DNA of 64,000 nucleotides from a virus (Duplodnaviria; Caudoviricetes): IMG/VR virus record IMGVR_UViG_3300010346_000241, positions 64,001 to 128,000 of that record; one strand, 5' to 3'. Shown piece by piece: positions 59,993 to 64,000 of this stretch (position 1 is its first letter; each line of letters starts with the position of its first letter). The notes under the pieces were generated by a model. It saw only the letters and a program-made list of their open reading frames with translations, ran no database searches and was not told where the DNA came from. The position numbers and the translations under genes were made by a program.

Positions 59993-60757
59993 TCATGTAA
60001 GATCTGCGTTACCTTTAGCGATGGCCTTCATCTCTTCGCCGAAAGTCATGGTCTTCTTCTTAAGACCACGCTCAACTGAGACTGTAGCTGTCGCATAAGT
60101 AACCCAGTGAGACTTATATGTCTCGAAGTCAATAGGTGTAGGAGCTTTACCTTCTGCTGTGAGTTCTGCATCATAGACTGTGCTGTCCTTGAACTCTACA
60201 GCGATAGCTTCATTCTCTGATGCATTTGCATCGAGCCAGTTGCAGATAGTCTTAACGACGAGAATAGTGATGCCGTTGAGAATCTCGACGTCATCGATTC
60301 TTCTGCAGTGTACATTGCTGAGTACGCCTCTGAGTGTGGGACCCCAAGGCATAATAGCCTGTATGTCATAGAATGGCTTCACTGCATCCTCAGGGATACC
60401 CTTGATATCCTCGGGATCGAAAGTGAAGTAGAAATTGTAGTTTCCATCGTCTCCCTCAGGGATCCACTCGGAAACGCAAGCCATAAGCATTGAACCTGCA
60501 CCCTTAGGATCTGAGAAGACGAGAGCTGTTTTGTGCTCTTTTGACTTCATTGCGTCAGCGCTCATGATACGTGCGCATGCGCCGATGAATGCTGAGAAAG
60601 GATATACGCTGTCATTACGCTGATCCTTCTCATTAGTGGTGTCGCTGATTACGAAATGTACAGCGTTGCCGTTTGCTCCGCTTCCTGTAAGCTCGCTGAT
60701 GAGTGCGCTTCTGAAAAGCTGGGGCATGTTTGTTTCTCTGAGTTCAAATGTTTTCAT
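59993..60757 (-). CDS. Hypothetical protein (254 aa)
   Basis: AAGGAGG RBS; candidate early motif at 60817-60824. Confidence 0.75.
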   Translation of the reverse strand: MKTFELRETNMPQLFRSALISELTGSGANGNAVHFVISDTTNEKDQRNDSVYPFSAFIGACARIMSADAMKSKEHKTALVFSDPKGAGSMLMACVSEWIPEGDDGNYNFYFTFDPEDIKGIPEDAVKPFYDIQAIMPWGPTLRGVLSNVHCRRIDDVEILNGITILVVKTICNWLDANASENEAIAVEFKDSTVYDAELTAEGKAPTPIDFETYKSHWVTYATATVSVERGLKKKTMTFGEEMKAIAKGNADLT

Positions 60758-60857
60758 AGTGAAAACCCTCCTTGAATTGATATAATATAACAGGACTTGT
60801 TATCCTGTACATAAGCATAGTATATGCTTATATTCATGTTTGATACCCTATATTTTC

Positions 60858-63203
60858 TTACTGAAGGAACGCGTTTGGGTTCTTTCTGAACTCTTCTATA
60901 GGGATGATACGGATGAATGCTCCTTTAGCGTTATACTTAACTGCTGTAGCCACCTTGCTACTAGTATAACTCATAAAAGGAACCAGCAGAATGTCGGTGT
61001 TCTTAGTAACCGAACCTTCTGAACAATCATGACCAGCCTTGTTGAGAGCCATCATCATGTCGACGTCTCTACAACCAGTGAATCTGATCACTTTACGATT
61101 TGTGTTGTTCATATCTCCACCTATTATAAGATTAGGGAGATTCCTAATAGCTACGAGATCTTCCATGAAAAGTGCTCTCTCCTCAAGGACGGTCTGTATT
61201 GTCTTATCTCCTATCTTATTAGGCAACGATTGCATCTTAACAGACAACGTCATATTGTCGAGACATATAAGATCATCCAATGTGACCTTCCTAAGTATCG
61301 CCTTCCATTTCGTTGACGCTAAGTTACTGAAACCAAGACTTCCAAGCACCATATAGTCGAACTTATTGTCGTTCAGGAACGTAGATAATTGATCTATGAA
61401 CTTCTGACCGTCAGCAGCTCCAAGTGCTTTGATTACTCTTTCTTTCGTCATACCATTTACAAGGTCATTGAATCCTCTGAGCTTGAGAACCTTAACAGAC
61501 TCTTCAGCGAATCCTTTGAAACCGAGTTTGGCTATCATATCTGTTACCCTGGCTAAAGCTCTTCCAGGGCATGCGAGATTCACACATCTAGCGTTCTTGT
61601 CAGAGAACTCTAATGGTGTACCACAACATGGACAGTTCTTTGGGAACTCTTCCATTGGCATTGGGTTATATTGATTCTCTACAACATTGGCCTTCTCGAT
61701 GTATACCATGACATCGTTTCTGAACTCTGCTTGTAAGATATCACCCTTACGAAGACCAAGCTCATAGAAACGCTTCCATGAATGTCCAGAAGACTTAGTG
61801 TTGATTCCTCCGAAGAACTCTACTGGATTGTAGTTGATCATCGGAGTGATTGTTCCTTCTTTACCAACAGTATAGTCATACCCAATGAATTGAGTAAGCT
61901 TCTTCATGGTATTGAATTTGATCGCTATAGAGAACTGGTTTACTGAGTTCTTTCTACCAAGCTGAGCTCTTATCACAGGATCAACATAAGATACTACTAC
62001 ACCGTCATACTTGAACGGTATATCGTTTCTCATCTCTGCTGCTTCCTGTACGAACTTATATACTTGATACAGAACAGTCTGATAGTTTCCATGTATAACA
62101 GCATAACTCATATAGATACCGTTTGCATAGAACTTGTTCATGAACTCTATCTCTTCTATCCTATTCATCTTACCAAGATTCATAGTATTATCAGCCTTTG
62201 TTACACCGTCATCAGTGCTAAGACTTGTCTGAAGAGGAACGAGTGTGATATAGTGAGCATACTCACGAGCATCGGCTCTACTAGTAAGACCGATTACCGC
62301 ATTACGAGGGCTCGCATATCTTATATTATACTTTCTGTCGAGTTCCTGAAGAGCAAAGTTGTCTATTATCGCTTCAAACTTCATACCGAACTGCTCTATA
62401 GGACCGACTTTCTTAGCATACTCTTTGGCTTCCATAAACGGATAGCCCTGAAGCACTGAGGTAAGGTCTGTTGCCTTATCCAATCCAGTATCTCCTCTAG
62501 TTCTGGCAGATATTACCTCATCAGTTACATCTGCCTCTACAGAGATTCCATCATACTTAAGCTCACACACAAGAGTTATGTCGTTAGGATCGACTATACC
62601 CTCCTGTATATGCTTAGCCAGGAAGTCTCTTTCAAAGATAACCACATTAGGATTATCCCAAGCTTGTCTTTCTACTGCCTCCTGATTGAGCGTGAACTTA
62701 GCCTTATCAAGAGTTCCTACAAGCTGAGGATAGTTGTGTGCTGTGTTGCGGATACGTTTAGAAGCTTTAACTCCCTCTCCACCGAAATATGCTCTTCGAT
62801 ACGTGTTGTTGGAATAGATATCGTTTCTGAAGAGCATGTCATAATTGTTGTCTACCATTTGGAAGAGCGGTACTGGTCTCTGAGGAATGACGTTGTTGAT
62901 AGTCTCTCCATGAGGCTCGAAGTGTACTGGCTCTGCACCAACCTGATAGTTAGGATTGTATCCTTTATACATCTGAAGAAGGTTATCATACACTCCATCT
63001 TCCAGTACAAGGATAGATCTGTCTGTATTGTTGTAGATGATGTTACTGATATGCAGTATATCACCCACAATCTCAACCTCATGTGGTTCAAGATACTTAA
63101 GACCTAAAAACCTCACAACATGAGCGTTGATGTTCCTGATAGTTTCAGGTGTAAGATCAGAAGCATCTCCCTGAAGAAGATGCTGAATGATCTGCTTATA
63201 CAT
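60858..63203 (-). CDS. ligA: NAD-dependent DNA ligase
   Basis: EDGVYD (domain Ia), ELKYDG, RTRGD, SPRNAV, YDGVVV, AIKF, CPCC..C..C zinc finger, C-terminal BRCT-like FTG..SVTKNTDIL. Confidence 0.93.
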   Translation of the reverse strand: MYKQIIQHLLQGDASDLTPETIRNINAHVVRFLGLKYLEPHEVEIVGDILHISNIIYNNTDRSILVLEDGVYDNLLQMYKGYNPNYQVGAEPVHFEPHGETINNVIPQRPVPLFQMVDNNYDMLFRNDIYSNNTYRRAYFGGEGVKASKRIRNTAHNYPQLVGTLDKAKFTLNQEAVERQAWDNPNVVIFERDFLAKHIQEGIVDPNDITLVCELKYDGISVEADVTDEVISARTRGDTGLDKATDLTSVLQGYPFMEAKEYAKKVGPIEQFGMKFEAIIDNFALQELDRKYNIRYASPRNAVIGLTSRADAREYAHYITLVPLQTSLSTDDGVTKADNTMNLGKMNRIEEIEFMNKFYANGIYMSYAVIHGNYQTVLYQVYKFVQEAAEMRNDIPFKYDGVVVSYVDPVIRAQLGRKNSVNQFSIAIKFNTMKKLTQFIGYDYTVGKEGTITPMINYNPVEFFGGINTKSSGHSWKRFYELGLRKGDILQAEFRNDVMVYIEKANVVENQYNPMPMEEFPKNCPCCGTPLEFSDKNARCVNLACPGRALARVTDMIAKLGFKGFAEESVKVLKLRGFNDLVNGMTKERVIKALGAADGQKFIDQLSTFLNDNKFDYMVLGSLGFSNLASTKWKAILRKVTLDDLICLDNMTLSVKMQSLPNKIGDKTIQTVLEERALFMEDLVAIRNLPNLIIGGDMNNTNRKVIRFTGCRDVDMMMALNKAGHDCSEGSVTKNTDILLVPFMSYTSSKVATAVKYNAKGAFIRIIPIEEFRKNPNAFLQ

Positions 63204-63466
63204 TACTTTTCTCCTCCTTTCAACAGATTGTCGAAAATATCATCGTTGCAATCGGATCCGACTTTGTTTGCCCAATGGAACATGTAATCATACCGCTCAC
63301 CAGTGATCTGCTCATGGAGAAGATTGTGAAGAGTAGCGATTACATCAGGCACTGTGAAAACATCATCACCGACTGTGATTTTTTCATCAGAAAACATAAC
63401 ATCGGGATTTCTGAAAACATTATCGATCAACCATGAAGTGATTTCTTTAAGTTGTTCTTTTGTCAT
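63203..63466 (-). CDS. Hypothetical protein (87 aa)
   Basis: AAGGAGG RBS; TAATG overlap with the ligase gene. Confidence 0.7.
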   Translation of the reverse strand: MTKEQLKEITSWLIDNVFRNPDVMFSDEKITVGDDVFTVPDVIATLHNLLHEQITGERYDYMFHWANKVGSDCNDDIFDNLLKGGEK

Positions 63467-63545
63467 GTCAAATACCTCCTTTCATAAGTTAGGTATGATG
63501 GTTTTCACCATCATACCCTTCTATATTATATGACCATTATAGACT

Positions 63546-63998
63546 TTACTCCCAAAGAGGTTTGAAGAGTAACTCCTGTTTCATTGGTTCGAAGAGCATC
63601 TTCTGAGGAACCTGCTCAAAAAGCATTTTCTGTGGTACCTGTTCGAAGAGCATCTTCTGAGGCATAATCTCAAAGAGCATCTTCTGATCTGCCATTTCAA
63701 ATACAGACTTAGTGACGATAGGTATCTTCTTAAACTTGAGTCTAAGTCCCATACCCTTCATGATAGCCTGAACCTTCTCTGCAGATCTGTTACGTGCATC
63801 CATATCGATATGAATATCTACATGGTATGGATCACCTAGAAGCATATCCATAACACTTCTTCGTGCTCTAGGTGACAGAGACATCAGCATAGCATTGATT
63901 ACTACTGTCTCTGAACTACAGTGGAGGAAGATCATTTTCTCCATCTCACCCCACTTAACTGGAGTCTTAGTGATAGCACATCTATACTCCTTAGATTC
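63546..63998 (-). CDS. C-terminal end of an RNA polymerase beta-C subunit (gene starts beyond the window)
   Basis: The frame is open to the window edge: ESKEYRCAITKTPVKWGEMEK. WGEME corresponds to the beta C-terminal (R/K)xGEME motif. Confidence 0.8.
   Translation of the reverse strand, partial: ESKEYRCAITKTPVKWGEMEKMIFLHCSSETVVINAMLMSLSPRARRSVMDMLLGDPYHVDIHIDMDARNRSAEKVQAIMKGMGLRLKFKKIPIVTKSVFEMADQKMLFEIMPQKMLFEQVPQKMLFEQVPQKMLFEPMKQELLFKPLWE
63561..63686 (-). repeat. 27-nt coding tandem repeat (QKMLFExxP-type x4 + QELLFK)
   Basis: cagaagatgctcttt/ttc gag/gaa units spaced 27 nt apart, with synonymous variation. Confidence 0.9.
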
Positions 63999-64000
63999 CT

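Noticed and set aside
42368-63203. Introns or inteins in the RNAP, SbcC or ligase genes (known in AR9-like phages)
   Set aside because: Reading frames are continuous, and no LAGLIDADG/HNH or intein terminal (C..HN) motifs were seen
63561-63686. Tandem repeat as a CRISPR array
   Set aside because: 27-nt period with no unique spacers, in frame within a CDS, with synonymous variation; no cas genes
1-64000. Stop-codon reassignment (e.g. TAG read as Gln), prompted by the tRNA-Gln and rare TAG stops
   Set aside because: Genes are full length in the standard code, dcd ends in TAG, and the tRNA anticodon is TTG rather than CTA
1-64000. Bacterial chromosome or prophage origin; phage nucleus (chimallin/PhuZ) genes
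   Set aside because: Split RNAP subunits mixed with virion genes indicate a jumbo phage; no integrase was seen and no shell or tubulin gene is recognisable in this window

Overview
This 64-kb window comes from a jumbo phage of the phiKZ/AR9(PBS1)-like group, most likely infecting a Gram-positive (Bacillota) host. Evidence: three split multisubunit RNA polymerase beta-type genes, strong AGGAGG ribosome-binding sites, Gram-positive wall hydrolase domains and a Hol44-like holin. The left part (1-26.7 kb) is a virion module. It holds a 5'-truncated tape-measure/tail lysin (C39-like, phage tail lysozyme and M23 domains), baseplate/tube-like proteins, a RusA-like resolvase, a glycine-zipper protein and four tandem paralogous inner-head proteins. 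The right part carries nucleotide and DNA metabolism genes (dCTP deaminase, ThyX, dNMP kinase, PC4-like SSB, SbcC/Rad50, NAD-dependent ligase), a tRNA-Gln(UUG), a putative virion RNAP beta subunit and non-virion RNAP subunits. An AR9-type late promoter, AACA-N6-T(A/G), occurs at about 17 intergenic or gene-upstream positions (four are one-base variants). Main novel candidates: (1) a 194-nt structured, 6S-like non-coding RNA whose 5' end coincides exactly with the predicted +1 of a late promoter; (2) a second late-promoter-linked, GGA-rich (CsrB-like) non-coding RNA; (3) five tandem QxxLF (beta-clamp-motif-like) repeats on the C-terminus of an RNAP subunit; (4) a possible +1 frameshift at UUU-UGA; (5) virion polyproteins carrying effector-like domains between putative protease sites. 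All family assignments come from recognising motifs by eye; no database searches were run.
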